NCBI GenBank assembly: GCA_910583605.1
Contig: CAJTXN010000014.1
Location: 3,797-67,796, forward strand
DNA length: 64,000 bases
Reading direction: 5' to 3'
Source: an uncultured Lachnospiraceae bacterium
GTDB taxonomy: Bacteria > Bacillota > Clostridia > Lachnospirales > Lachnospiraceae
How positions within the stretch are numbered: the first letter of the stretch is position 1; each line of letters starts with the position of its first letter. Positions 51,390 to 61,992 of this stretch are shown here, one piece after another. Below the pieces are notes generated by a model, which was given only the letters and a program-made list of their open reading frames with translations, did not search any database and was not told the DNA's origin. Both the position numbers and the translations under genes were made by a program.

Positions 51390-52159
51390 CAGTAAACAGT
51401 ATAGGCAGCAGTTATTTGGAGGAAAAATCTGGAAATACCCATAAGAATACAAAACGATTGACAGGGGATTTCCGCACAAGTCTTGCAGGCTCCATTGAGA
51501 AGAAGGAAGAAAACGGCAGAGAGGAACAGAAAGTAAACGGCAGGGTTGTGGATATAAAAAATTTTTATGATGCGGCAGCGGCAGGCTGTGTGTCCGGAAA
51601 CACGGCTTCACGGGCGGTTTCCCAATGCGAACCGAAAGATTTATCTTCCGGAGACTGCGACAGGATTAAGGTAAGTATGGAGCAGGGATGTATCTATAAG
51701 ATACAGATCAATGCAGACGGGCAAAGCGTATATGTGGAACAGAAGACGGAAGACGGAGCCGTAAAAGGATATGAAGTATCCATAGCGGAGGTTTCAAAAA
51801 ACTCTTCGGACCGGATTGAAAAATTAGCCATGGAAACATGGGAATCGTACCATGGAGAACATACAACGGAGGAAGAGTTTGAAGAAGCGCTGCTTAAATT
51901 CTATGAATTTGCCGAAGACCGTGTGAAAAACGGACAGCCCAAAATTCAGATTGGAGCATCTGCCATTTCGGAAAAAGACTGGAGAAAATTAATTGAAAAA
52001 ATAGATGAGGCAATCAGTGCAAGAAAAGCAGAATTAAGGGAACGCATGGAAAAGCGGCTGTTGCAGGAAAAACTTCAGAAAACCGGAGAGCAGGAAGGGC
52101 AGCAGAAGGATGAGATTGACAAAGATTTGATACAGAAGATTTTAGAAGAGGAGAAATAG
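51386..52159 (+). CDS. Hypothetical soluble charged protein
   Basis: 257-aa ORF overlapping the sigma stop (ATGA); KIQIGASAISEKDWRKL segment. Confidence 0.75.
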   Translation: MTVNSIGSSYLEEKSGNTHKNTKRLTGDFRTSLAGSIEKKEENGREEQKVNGRVVDIKNFYDAAAAGCVSGNTASRAVSQCEPKDLSSGDCDRIKVSMEQGCIYKIQINADGQSVYVEQKTEDGAVKGYEVSIAEVSKNSSDRIEKLAMETWESYHGEHTTEEEFEEALLKFYEFAEDRVKNGQPKIQIGASAISEKDWRKLIEKIDEAISARKAELRERMEKRLLQEKLQKTGEQEGQQKDEIDKDLIQKILEEEK

Positions 52160-52163
52160 AAAA

Positions 52164-53129
52164 ATGAAAATTTTGGATGTAAATAAATTTTCAGATGTAT
52201 GTGGCGATTATCTGGAAGAAAAGGAAAGAAGAATGGGATTGTTTTCGGATGAAAACAAAAATTCCAAATCGGAACTGTTGATTCAGGAAAACAATCCGGC
52301 TGAAAATGAAAGAAAAAATTATACAGATAGTGAGTCCGAAGGATTTTTGTTTTATCTTGCTAATGGAACTGCCGTAAACGGAAGCCGTCTGCAGGAGAAA
52401 TTGTGTGACGGGAGCAAAGGTGCGCCATATCAGCATCTTGCGGATGAAAATAATATCATCGAATATGAAGGCGTGATTTTTGTCTGCAACAGCGAGAAAC
52501 AGGAATTATGTCTCGGAGATATGAGCAATCCGGCTGACGTATTGGATATTCCCTTATCCGGCGGAGGCGTTCTCAGGGTAAACAGGAACAACATAGGTTC
52601 TTTGGCAAAGGCAATCGGGATGTTTTCACCGGAGGATGTGGGAAGAATCATGCGGGCGGTTTCACAGGATGCCCACTGCCGGAAAAAACAGGCGGAAATA
52701 GATGAAGAAATATCCATGCTTGGAGAAACGGAGGAAGAGAAACCTTCAGGTTCAGGCGAGGAAAACAGAATCCGGGAAGAGGATAAAGTGCTGACCCGGC
52801 AAAGGGATTATTTTGAATATGCACCGGAAGGAGTTATGACAGCGTGGAAAGCGGCGATGAAAGAAACGGGAATCAACGGTTTCGGACTTGATGAGAGCGG
52901 AAAAATGACTCATATTTCTCAGGCGATGCTGGCAAGACTGTTTACGGACAGCGGTCAGTCCATATTCGGAAATTCCCTGGATTCGGCAATCCGTTTTGCA
53001 GAGCGTGCAGTTCAGAATTTAAGCAATCAGGAACTGTTAAATGAAGATTCTGTGGTGGTTCGGCAGGAAAAGGAGAAAGAGAGACAGTTTTATATGGTAT
53101 TTGCGGAAAAATTGAGGGAACAACTATAA
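52164..53129 (+). CDS. Hypothetical protein
   Basis: 321-aa ORF; APYQHLADENNIIEYEGVIFVC..LCLGDMS. Confidence 0.75.
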   Translation: MKILDVNKFSDVCGDYLEEKERRMGLFSDENKNSKSELLIQENNPAENERKNYTDSESEGFLFYLANGTAVNGSRLQEKLCDGSKGAPYQHLADENNIIEYEGVIFVCNSEKQELCLGDMSNPADVLDIPLSGGGVLRVNRNNIGSLAKAIGMFSPEDVGRIMRAVSQDAHCRKKQAEIDEEISMLGETEEEKPSGSGEENRIREEDKVLTRQRDYFEYAPEGVMTAWKAAMKETGINGFGLDESGKMTHISQAMLARLFTDSGQSIFGNSLDSAIRFAERAVQNLSNQELLNEDSVVVRQEKEKERQFYMVFAEKLREQL

Positions 53130-53207
53130 AAATCAATTCAATCAGACCACCGGACCAACAAAATATAAAATTACAGGCTCCGGTGGCTAATTTATGGTGA
53201 AATATAT

Positions 53208-53234
53208 TAAAATATTGAAAGAAACTGCCGATAA
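53208..53234 (+). promoter_or_regulatory. sigma28 (SigD/FliA) promoter
   Basis: Exact consensus TAAA-N15-GCCGATAA. Confidence 0.85.
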
Positions 53235-53309
53235 AAACAGTAGAAACAATAGGAAGATTAAAAAACGGGTTTACGACTGATTATTATGAAATGGAAAGGA
53301 GGAATTCGG

Positions 53310-54239
53310 TTGAGTTCTTTAGGTTTAAGTATACATTATTTTGTTCCAAATTCCGCAAAATCCGAATTCCATATCCGAACCGGCAGGAATCGTCCTGAGA
53401 AAAATAAAAAACCAGATATGAATGCGGAACAGTCTTATGAACAGGCAATGATCGAAGATTTTAAAGAGCAGCATTCACCGGAAAATAAGCGTCTGCAGGA
53501 AATATATAATAAGTTCAGGGCCGGAAAAGAACTGACTGCGGAAGAATTGGAGTATCTGGCGAAGCATAATCCGGAAATGTATAAAGAAGTAAAAGAAATA
53601 ATGATGGAACGGGAAGCCATGGAACTGCAGATGAAACTGGCGAAAACGAAACAGGAAGTTGCAGCCGTCTGCATGAATAAACTGACAAACATCAAAGAGA
53701 CCATGGGCACCGGGGAAACGGCAGAGAAACAGGCCATGAAGACTATGGCCCGTACAAATCAGATAGCAGCTGCCCATATTGAATTTACGGCCAGTATTGA
53801 ATATAGAGAAAAAGAAGATGAAAAGACACAGGCGGAAGACAGAAGAGAAGCGCTGGAAGAATCGCAAGAACAACTGGAAGAACAGATAGAGGCTGTTTCT
53901 GAATTTTCGGAGGATCCGGATATAACAGATAAACTTTCGGAGGAATGGAAGAATATGGGTACAGAAGATGGAAAAACCTCTGAAACTCCGGTGGCTGAAA
54001 AAGGTGCAAAAGCGGCTGATATATTACGGGATATTGAAACAGAAAATGATGAACAGGAGCGGGAACGCAAAAGACTGAACAGAAAACGCAGAAATCCGGG
54101 CAATTCTGCAACCCCAAGGCCATACATACAGCCGGACTATGAGAGCCTCTGGCTGAAGGTAAGGGATTTATATGGAAGCAGCAATAAAGCAGATAAAGGC
54201 AGAATATCAGGAACAGGTCATATCAATGTATTAATGTAA
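53310..54239 (+). CDS. Hypothetical coiled-coil protein
   Basis: AGGAGG then TTG 53310; KFRAGKELTAEELEYLAKHNPEMY. Confidence 0.75.
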   Translation: MSSLGLSIHYFVPNSAKSEFHIRTGRNRPEKNKKPDMNAEQSYEQAMIEDFKEQHSPENKRLQEIYNKFRAGKELTAEELEYLAKHNPEMYKEVKEIMMEREAMELQMKLAKTKQEVAAVCMNKLTNIKETMGTGETAEKQAMKTMARTNQIAAAHIEFTASIEYREKEDEKTQAEDRREALEESQEQLEEQIEAVSEFSEDPDITDKLSEEWKNMGTEDGKTSETPVAEKGAKAADILRDIETENDEQERERKRLNRKRRNPGNSATPRPYIQPDYESLWLKVRDLYGSSNKADKGRISGTGHINVLM

Positions 54240-54312
54240 ATAAGGTATATTTACCTTAAAATAAAATCGGGCAAATGGAATTGTCCAAATAAATTCAAGG
54301 AGGATTGGTTTT

Positions 54313-55044
54313 ATGAGTACAAGTGCAGTAAATCAGGCAGCTGAGAACAGTGGAGTATCTGCTTATTCAGAAACTAAAAGAAAAAATCAGGTAAACGGAA
54401 AGACTATTGGGAAACCGGAACTGAGCGAAAAGGCACAGAAATATTATGAAAAACTGAAAAAGAAGTTTGGGAATATGGATTTTATTCTGGTCAGCGCCGA
54501 TATGAAAGAACAGGCGGAAGCCAATGCATCGAAATATGCCCAGGCCAACCGGACCGTGGTTCTGATCGATGAAGATAAGATTGAGCGTATGGCAGAAGAT
54601 GAGTCCTATCGTAAAAAATATGAAGGAATCATAAGCGGTGCGGCTTCGCAGATTGAACAGATGAAAAACGGACTGACCAATAAACAGGGCGTAAAAACAT
54701 TTGGAATTAAGATTGATGATGGAGGTAATGCTTCCTTCTTTGCAGTCATTGATAAATCTCTGGCGGCACAAAGAAAACGAATCGAAGAGAAAGCCGAACA
54801 AAAAGCTGATGAGAAAAAGAAATCCGAGAAACAGGCCAGAGAGGAGAAACTGGAAGAAATCCGTGCTGGACGGGGGCAGAACGGAGAACGCATTTCCGGC
54901 GAAGAAGATCTGGTTACCGTAACGGCAGGATCGGTTGAGGAATTAATGAAGAAAATCAATAATGAATTATATGCAAGTCTGAGCGATACAGTACAGACGG
55001 ATGCAGAAAAACAGATTGGCCAGCATTTCGATTTCAGGGGATAG
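54313..55044 (+). CDS. Hypothetical protein (DUF6033-like)
   Basis: AGGAGG site; YYEKLKKKFG..VLIDEDKIERMAEDE..IGQHFDFRG. Confidence 0.75.
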   Translation: MSTSAVNQAAENSGVSAYSETKRKNQVNGKTIGKPELSEKAQKYYEKLKKKFGNMDFILVSADMKEQAEANASKYAQANRTVVLIDEDKIERMAEDESYRKKYEGIISGAASQIEQMKNGLTNKQGVKTFGIKIDDGGNASFFAVIDKSLAAQRKRIEEKAEQKADEKKKSEKQAREEKLEEIRAGRGQNGERISGEEDLVTVTAGSVEELMKKINNELYASLSDTVQTDAEKQIGQHFDFRG

Positions 55045-55095
55045 AGAGAGAATTTGGATATCGGGCTGCTGAAATATGCATATAAGAGGACTGAT

Positions 55096-55141
55096 ATAAA
55101 ATAAACCGGTAGGTATTAGGCGGACTGCCGGTTTATTTTAT
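55096..55141 (+). terminator. Intrinsic terminator
   Basis: ATAAAATAAACCGGTAG / CTGCCGGTTTATTTTAT. Confidence 0.75.
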
Positions 55142-55164
55142 ATCCGACCTCCGTTTTTAGACTA

Positions 55165-56439
55165 TTCGTTATCAACTCCAATGCCGCAACCCAGGGAAAC
55201 GCAGCATTGACAGCAGCATTTCCGGTACAGATTCTGATTATTGCCGTTGGTGTTGGTACAGGCGTTGGGATTAATGCCCTGCTGTCTGGAAAACTCGGTG
55301 AAAAGGACAATAAAACCGCCAGCCGTGTAGCAGGAAATGGGATTTTTCTGGCTATGGTGATCTATATGGTCTTTTTAATGTTTGGATTATTTCTGGCGAA
55401 ACCATATATGCAGTTGATGTCAGGTGATCCGATTGTGGTCAGCATGGGTACAGAATATCTTCGTATCTGCTGCTGTTTTTCCATGGGAGCAGTGGGATTT
55501 ACGGTATACGAGCGTTTTTTACAGGCAACCGGAAAAACCGTGCATTCTATGGCGGCACAGATTGCGGGTGCAGTCTGTAATATCATACTGGATTATGTTT
55601 TTGTTATGGTGTTCGGCTGGGGAGCTGCCGGTGCAGCATGGGCGACGGTTATTGGGCAGATTCTGTCCCTGTTTGCCGCGATGGCGCTGCATTATCGTTT
55701 AAATAAAGAAATAGATGGAAGTTTTCATTTTATAAAGCCGTCCGGAAAAATCATCAGAACCATTTATAAGATTGGCGTTCCTGCTGCGATTATGCAGGCG
55801 TTGCTTGCAGTTATGATGTTTGTGGTATTGCAGATTTTTAAGGTAATTGATGATGGGACTACTATGATTCTAATGATCAATACCTATGGCATTTATTATA
55901 AAATTATGCAGACAGCCCTTTTTGCCGGATTTGGACTGAGCAATACGCTGATTACAATTGTGTCATATAATTATGGAAGGCAGGATAAGCAGAGGCTGAA
56001 GCAGGTGATTCGATTTGGAATTGTGAATTCGGTCATTGTGGCAGCAGTGATTATGCTTCTGTTTCAAGTGTTTGCTGCACCTATATCGGACCTGTTTGGT
56101 TTATCACTTCCTGAACAGTCTGCGGATGGAATCCGCAAAGAAGATATTTTGTCTACCTGCGAAACGGCGATGCATATTGCAACTCTTGGTTATATTTTTA
56201 TGAGTATCAGCGTTTCCGTTCAGGGCATCCTGCAGGGATTCCGAAATATCTACAAACCGATTGTAATCTCATTATTAAGGCTGATTGTATTTGTTGTTCC
56301 TTTTGCCGTTTTATTCTGTATGAGTAAATATGTAACAACTATATTCTGGCTGACATTTGTGATTGCAGAAATGTTAACTGCAGGTGTAGCACTATTCTTT
56401 TTAAAAGATTCGACGCAAAAAGCATTTATAACGTTGTAA
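55165..56439 (+). pseudogene. MATE family efflux transporter, 5'-truncated
   Basis: AFPVQ..GVGTGVGINAL, NIILDY, GAAWATVIGQ; first helix and ribosome-binding site are missing. Confidence 0.7.
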
Positions 56440-56465
56440 AGAATCAAATATTTATGAATCCCTTC

Positions 56466-56522
56466 TTGACAAATAAAAAAAAGAATGTTATATTAAAAAC
56501 GGTGTTATGAAACGCTGTTTTT
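56466..56522 (+). promoter_or_regulatory. sigmaA promoter with a probable TetR operator
   Basis: TTGACA-N17-TATATT followed by the imperfect palindrome AAAAACGGTGTT / AACGCTGTTTTT. Confidence 0.6.
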
Positions 56523-56545
56523 AATTCCGTGCAAGAGGTGAGTTT

Positions 56546-57163
56546 ATGGCAAAACAGATTGAAGGCGTATATGAACGGATTTTGGAGTGTGCAAAACAGG
56601 AGTTTCTGGAAAAAGGCTATCTGGATGCTTCCCTGCGTACAATCGCCTTGAAAGCAGGAACCAGTACAAACTCCATATATGTCCGTTTTCAGGATAAGGA
56701 AGGATTATTTGAAGCGCTTGTTGGCCGGCAGTATTCGTATTTTATGGATTGCTTTTGTAAGGCACAAGCTGATTTTGCCGGATTGCCGCCAGAATCTCAG
56801 CCGGAACATCTGAGCAGTATTTCGGGCTGGTGTATGATGGAAATGTTGTTGTATGCCTATGAACATTTAGATGAGTTTCAATTGATTCTTACCTGCTCCG
56901 AGGGGACCCGCTTTTCAGGAATGATTGATGAAATGGTAGAGATTGAATCTAAAGGTACTCATGATTATCTTGCTGTATTAAGGCAGCTGGGAAGACCGGC
57001 TCCGCCAATTGACCCGAAGCTGGAGCATATCCTGATTACTGGTATGTTCAATGCCTATTTTGAGTTGATAATCCATGAAATGCCGCTGGATCAGGCAAAG
57101 GCTTATCTGGAGGAACTGCGGTCATTCTACACGGCGGGATGGATGAAAATTATGGGCCAATAA
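56546..57163 (+). CDS. TetR/AcrR family regulator
   Basis: ILECAKQEFLEKGY..SLRTIA..IYVRFQDKEGLF. Confidence 0.93.
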   Translation: MAKQIEGVYERILECAKQEFLEKGYLDASLRTIALKAGTSTNSIYVRFQDKEGLFEALVGRQYSYFMDCFCKAQADFAGLPPESQPEHLSSISGWCMMEMLLYAYEHLDEFQLILTCSEGTRFSGMIDEMVEIESKGTHDYLAVLRQLGRPAPPIDPKLEHILITGMFNAYFELIIHEMPLDQAKAYLEELRSFYTAGWMKIMGQ

Positions 57164-57240
57164 AAGAAAGTTACAGCAGATTCTGTTATTCATTACAATA
57201 GAAAACTCGCATGGCGTGTTTTCTATTGTTTTTAGACAAT

Positions 57241-57260
57241 GGTTAGTTAATGCTAACTAA
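57241..57260. promoter_or_regulatory. Palindromic operator upstream of the ABC pair
   Basis: TTAGTTA-ATGC-TAACTAA overlapping GTTAG-N6-CTAAC. Confidence 0.5.
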
Positions 57261-57308
57261 AGATACAATAGACTAACCGTTCAAATCTTATTAGAAGGAG
57301 AATTCAAA

Positions 57309-59084
57309 GTGAAAAAAAACAAAAATCTTTCAGAGCTTATGAGCTATGCAGGCAGGTACAAATACCTTACCTGTTTATCGCTTGTTTTATCGGTTATCAG
57401 CGCATTTTTTGCGTTGTTGCCATTCGTATTTATTTTTCTTATCATAAGGGAAGTGATAGAAACTGCTCCCAATTATTCAGAAGCAGTGAATATTGTTCAG
57501 AACGGCTGGATGGCAGTGCTGTCTGCCCTGATTTCCATAGTTGTTTATATAGGAGCTCTGATGTGTTCCCATCTGTCGGCATTCCGTATTGCAGGAAATC
57601 TGCGTAAGACACTGATGGCGCATATCACAAAGCTGCCGCTTGGATTTATTGGAGAAATGGGCAGTGGTAAAATCCGCCGGATTGTCAATGAAAGCAGTGC
57701 AGCAACCGAAACCTATCTTGCCCATCAGCTGCCGGATATGGCGGGCGCAATCGCTACACCGCTTGGCATGATTGTTATGCTGTTCCTGTTTGACTGGAGG
57801 TTTGGGCTGATCTGCCTTGTACCGGTTGTTCTTGGTTTTGCGGCCATGTTTCAAATGGCGGGGCCAAAAATGGAGGATGATATGAAAAATTATCAGAATG
57901 CATTGGCCGACATGAATAACGAGGCTGTGGAATACGTGCGCGGAGTTCCTGTAGTAAAAACCTTTGGCCAGACGGTACATACTTTCAAACGGTTTAAAGG
58001 CTCCATAGACAGCTATTATAAATTCTGTATCGCTTATTGCAAAAAGTGCCGTATGCCAATGCTGTTTTACACCGTTTGCATTAACAGTGCATTTGCATTT
58101 CTGATCACGTTGGCGCTGATTTTAACAGGTGGTGGAGCTGTAACACGATCCATTCTGCTCAGCCTTATTTTCTATGTGATATTTACACCTGTGATTGCAA
58201 CCTCCATGTCAAAGGTTTTGTTTATGAGTGAAAACGGAATGGTTGTAAATGACGCATTGACCCGCATTCACTCGATTTTGGATATGCAGCCTTTATCAGA
58301 GCCACAGAATGCAGAACATCCAATGAATCCTTCGGTGGAATTTAAGAATGTTTCCTTTCGCTACAGCGGGGCGCAGACAGATGCCATACACAATATTTCT
58401 TTTCAGGTACAGCCCGGAGAAACGGTTGCTTTCGTAGGACCTTCCGGCGGCGGAAAAACCACTGCTGCGGAACTGATTTCCCGTTCCTTTGATGTGAACA
58501 GCGGTGAAATCAAAGTTGACGGTGTAAATGTAAAGAATATCAGAAAATCGGAGCTGATGGAAACAGTTTCTTACGTATTTCAGGACAGCAGGCTCTTAAA
58601 AACCTCTGTTTTTGAAAATGTAAGGCTGGCAAAACCAAACGCTTCCCGCCAGGAAGTAGAAAATGCCCTTCATAGGGCGCAGTGTGACGATATCCTTGCA
58701 AAGCTGCCGGATGGAATGGATACTGTAATCGGAACCAAAGGCGTATATTTATCCGGCGGCGAGCAGCAGAGGATTGCCATCGCCCGCGTAATACTGAAAG
58801 ATTCACCTATTATTATTCTGGATGAGGCAACTGCTTTTGCTGATCCGGAAAATGAGTCCCTTGTGCAGAGAGCTTTTGAGGATTTGTCTAAGGATAAGAC
58901 GGTTATTATGATTGCACACCGTTTATCAACGGTTAGAAATGCAGACAGAATTTATGTATTAAAGGATGGAAGAGTAGCAGAATACGGTACACATGAAGCG
59001 CTTGCAGAGAAGAAGGGTCTGTATGCAAAAATGTGGAAGGATTATCAGACTTCTGTCAGATGGAAAGTAGGAGGTGCAGGATGA
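57309..59084 (+). CDS. ABC transporter fused permease/ATPase, subunit 1 (IrtA/YbtP-like fold)
   Basis: TM domain plus GPSGGGKT, LSGGEQQRI, LDEATA. Confidence 0.92.
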   Translation: MKKNKNLSELMSYAGRYKYLTCLSLVLSVISAFFALLPFVFIFLIIREVIETAPNYSEAVNIVQNGWMAVLSALISIVVYIGALMCSHLSAFRIAGNLRKTLMAHITKLPLGFIGEMGSGKIRRIVNESSAATETYLAHQLPDMAGAIATPLGMIVMLFLFDWRFGLICLVPVVLGFAAMFQMAGPKMEDDMKNYQNALADMNNEAVEYVRGVPVVKTFGQTVHTFKRFKGSIDSYYKFCIAYCKKCRMPMLFYTVCINSAFAFLITLALILTGGGAVTRSILLSLIFYVIFTPVIATSMSKVLFMSENGMVVNDALTRIHSILDMQPLSEPQNAEHPMNPSVEFKNVSFRYSGAQTDAIHNISFQVQPGETVAFVGPSGGGKTTAAELISRSFDVNSGEIKVDGVNVKNIRKSELMETVSYVFQDSRLLKTSVFENVRLAKPNASRQEVENALHRAQCDDILAKLPDGMDTVIGTKGVYLSGGEQQRIAIARVILKDSPIIILDEATAFADPENESLVQRAFEDLSKDKTVIMIAHRLSTVRNADRIYVLKDGRVAEYGTHEALAEKKGLYAKMWKDYQTSVRWKVGGAG

Positions 59085-60814
59085 TAAACAAAATTATGAA
59101 AAGGTTTGCGCTTTCAAAAGAAGGCGCCCAGGGACTTGTAAAGGCGATTGCAGCGTGTACAATTGCCGATATTGTATTGATGTTTCCGGTGGGACTTTTG
59201 TACTATCTGGTAAGTGATTTCCTGGACGGCACAGTACCCAAAAACCACTGTTTGTTATATGGAATCGGAATAGCCAGTGCGCTTCTTCTGATTTTTTTCT
59301 CGGAATTTTGGAAATATAACGCCACGTATTTTTCAACTTATAAAGAATCCGGTGTCTGCAGAATCCGTCTCGCAGAGAAGCTGCGTAAACTGCCGCTTTC
59401 ATTTTTCGGGAAGAAGGACCTTGCAGATCTGACCAATACCATTATGGGGGATGTATCTACAACGGAGCAAATGTTCTCGCACTATGTACCGCAGTTTTAC
59501 GCTTCTGTTATTTCTACATGTTTTGTTGCAGCCAGCCTGTTTTTCTACGATTGGCGGCTGGCGCTTGCGGCTTTATGGGTTCTGCCGGTTGCGCTGCTGG
59601 TTGTGGGTTTTTCCAAGAAAGCGCAGAATTATTTCAGTCGTAAGCAGAATATGGCGCAGATTGCCGTTCAGGATAGCGTACAGGAGTGTCTGGAAACGGT
59701 GCGTGACTTAAAAAGCAATAATGCAGAACAGGAATATCTGAATGGTTTGTATCAAAAGATTGACCTGCTGGAAGGACGGCATATCAAGAGCGAGCTTGGC
59801 ACAGCGTTGTTTGTTGTACCGGCACAGATGCTCCTGAAACTTGGCATCGCTTCCGTAGCGCTTGTGGGCAGCGTGCTGCTGATCAATGGCACACTCACTC
59901 TGATTACATTCTTTTTGTTTCTGATGGTCGTATCGAGAATTTATGAACCAATGGCTTTTTCTTTGCAGAATCTGGCAGCAATGAATTCTCTCCAGATCAA
60001 CATTGACCGGATGAATGAAATTGAAAACTGCAAAGAACAGGAGGGTAATAGGAATTTTCAGCCTAATGGGTATGATATTGTTTTTGAGCAGGCAGGATTT
60101 GCTTACAACAAGGATGAAACGGTACTTAAAAATGTATCTTTCACAGCGAAGCAGGGTGAAGTGACGGCTCTGATCGGCCCGTCCGGAGGCGGGAAATCCA
60201 CGGCTGCAAAACTGGCTGCAAGATTTTGGGACACAGACAAAGGCCGGATTACCATTGGCGGCGTAGATGTAACTTCCGTTGATCCGGAACAGCTGTTAAC
60301 AGCATTTTCAATTGTTTTTCAGGATGTCACACTCTTTCATGACACGGTTATGGAAAATATTCGAATTGGCAGAAAGGATGCCACGGATGAAGAAGTGATG
60401 GCAGCAGCAAGGCTGGCAAACTGTGAGGAATTTATAGAAAAACTTCCGGACAAATGGAACAGCAGCATTGGAGAAAACGGCAGTGCGCTTTCCGGTGGTG
60501 AACGGCAGCGCATTTCCATAGCTCGTGCATTCCTGAAGAACGCTCCCATTATTCTGCTTGATGAGGCAACTGCTTCTCTTGACGTAGAAAATGAGACCGC
60601 AATTCAGTCGGCACTTTCACGCCTGATAAAGGATAAAACTGTTCTCTTGATTGCACACCGCATGCGTACCGTTGCAGGTGCGGATAAAGTTGTTGTACTC
60701 TCTGACGGTACTGTAGCGGAACAGGGAGCGCCTGAAAAACTGCTCCATCAAAATGGAATATATGCACATATGGTAAAACTGCAGACCGAAAGTCAGGACT
60801 GGGCCATTGGATAA
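59081..60814 (+). CDS. ABC transporter fused permease/ATPase, subunit 2
   Basis: GGAGGTG site before ATG 59081; GPSGGGKS, LSGGERQRI. Confidence 0.92.
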   Translation: MINKIMKRFALSKEGAQGLVKAIAACTIADIVLMFPVGLLYYLVSDFLDGTVPKNHCLLYGIGIASALLLIFFSEFWKYNATYFSTYKESGVCRIRLAEKLRKLPLSFFGKKDLADLTNTIMGDVSTTEQMFSHYVPQFYASVISTCFVAASLFFYDWRLALAALWVLPVALLVVGFSKKAQNYFSRKQNMAQIAVQDSVQECLETVRDLKSNNAEQEYLNGLYQKIDLLEGRHIKSELGTALFVVPAQMLLKLGIASVALVGSVLLINGTLTLITFFLFLMVVSRIYEPMAFSLQNLAAMNSLQINIDRMNEIENCKEQEGNRNFQPNGYDIVFEQAGFAYNKDETVLKNVSFTAKQGEVTALIGPSGGGKSTAAKLAARFWDTDKGRITIGGVDVTSVDPEQLLTAFSIVFQDVTLFHDTVMENIRIGRKDATDEEVMAAARLANCEEFIEKLPDKWNSSIGENGSALSGGERQRISIARAFLKNAPIILLDEATASLDVENETAIQSALSRLIKDKTVLLIAHRMRTVAGADKVVVLSDGTVAEQGAPEKLLHQNGIYAHMVKLQTESQDWAIG

Positions 60815-60843
60815 AAGATTGTTGATAAGGAGATGATTTACAG

Positions 60844-61113
60844 ATGCCGGATACACCGGAAATTTTAAGATTGCGGGTATTACTCTGTTTTTTAAGTGAA
60901 GATGAAACAGACTGCACGGTTATGGAAATTGCCCGTACACTCAGAGAAGAACATTATTCCATCAGCCGTGCCATTGCCGCGCTGGAAAAGGACGGACTCA
61001 TCAGTAAAGAACAGCCTCGAATATGTACATGTATTACAGACGTACTTAGAAGTAATTGTGTTTCGATTGGTTGCACAGTTACGCAGGTAGGTCTGATATG
61101 TCTGTGCATATAA
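60844..61113 (+). pseudogene. Truncated winged-helix regulator (DtxR/MarR-like)
   Basis: TVMEIARTL..SISRAIAALEKDGLI, then unrelated-looking sequence. Confidence 0.6.
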
Positions 61114-61225
61114 ATCGGTAGGTGTAAGTTGTAATTATGATAGAATGATTGTAATAGCCGATGGTTTTAGAAATGCACTGGACATATTATGTTTGGTGCA
61201 TTTTTTGTTTGGAAAGGAGATATTT

Positions 61226-61459
61226 ATGAAATTAGCAAACGGAACAGCGGTCATTGTCAAGCCTTATCAGGATGAGGATGCAGAGGAAATTGTCAGTTTG
61301 ATTATTAGAAATTTTAGAGAAATCAATGTAAAGGACTACGGAGAGAAAGAGATAGAAACACTTGTTGCCACGCATGACGAAAAGTGGTTTAAAAGCCTGG
61401 CAGAATACGCAAATGTGTATGTATTTTGGAATGAAGATAAAATTGTGGGGGTTGGATGA
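61226..61459 (+). pseudogene. GNAT acetyltransferase, N-terminal fragment
   Basis: AAGGAG site; VKPYQDEDAEEIVSLI..KIVGVG, with a stop before the acetyl-CoA motif. Confidence 0.65.
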
Positions 61460-61527
61460 TGAACAAAATTATCGGTTAGAAAAATTTAGAAAACTTAATT
61501 AAAATCTGCGGATACAGATATGAACAG

Positions 61528-61632
61528 TAATAGCTAATAGTCATTAGCTAATAGCCATTAGCTAATAGCTAATAGCTAATAGTCATTAGCTAATAGCCAT
61601 TAGCTAATAGCTAATAGCTAATAGCTATTAGG
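61528..61632. repeat. Heptamer tandem array, 15 units of TAATAGC/CATTAGC variants
   Basis: Read directly; includes a 42-bp higher-order unit repeated twice. Confidence 0.95.
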
Positions 61633-61687
61633 ATATTCTTTCAAAATGGTACATAAATAATAGCGATAAAATTAAGGAGTGGCTACA

Positions 61688-61819
61688 ATGATAATCAGAA
61701 TAATGAAGATTGAAGATTATGAAAAAGTATATGATTTATGGATACACACAGTGGATATGGGGCTGAATACAACGGATGATTCAAGGGAAGGGATTGGTTT
61801 ACACCGAATGATGTCATAA
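61688..61819 (+). pseudogene. Second GNAT acetyltransferase N-terminal fragment
   Basis: AAGGAG site; MIIRIMKIEDYEKVYDLW..DDSREGI. Confidence 0.6.
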
Positions 61820-61992
61820 CAGAAGTATTGGAACTGGATAATGAACTGAGAATTACTTTAGTTGCAGGCGGTTATCCGTTATTTGCCAATGGTAAAATTG
61901 CAGGCGGAATCAGCGTAGGAGGAGGAACAGAAGAACAGGATCGTGAAATTGCAGAATATGTGGTGTCGGTATTTGATAAATTAGTCGGATAA
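61801..61992 (+). pseudogene. GlcG/HbpS heme-binding family C-terminal fragment
   Basis: GGYPLFANGKIAGGISVGGGTEEQDREIA; no start codon or ribosome-binding site seen. Confidence 0.65.

Noticed and set aside
107..60917. Numerous short antisense and overlapping ORFs in the track
   Set aside because: They are shadows of well-supported genes, without ribosome-binding sites or motifs.
61528..61632. CRISPR array
   Set aside because: 7-bp units with no unique spacers, and no cas genes in the window.
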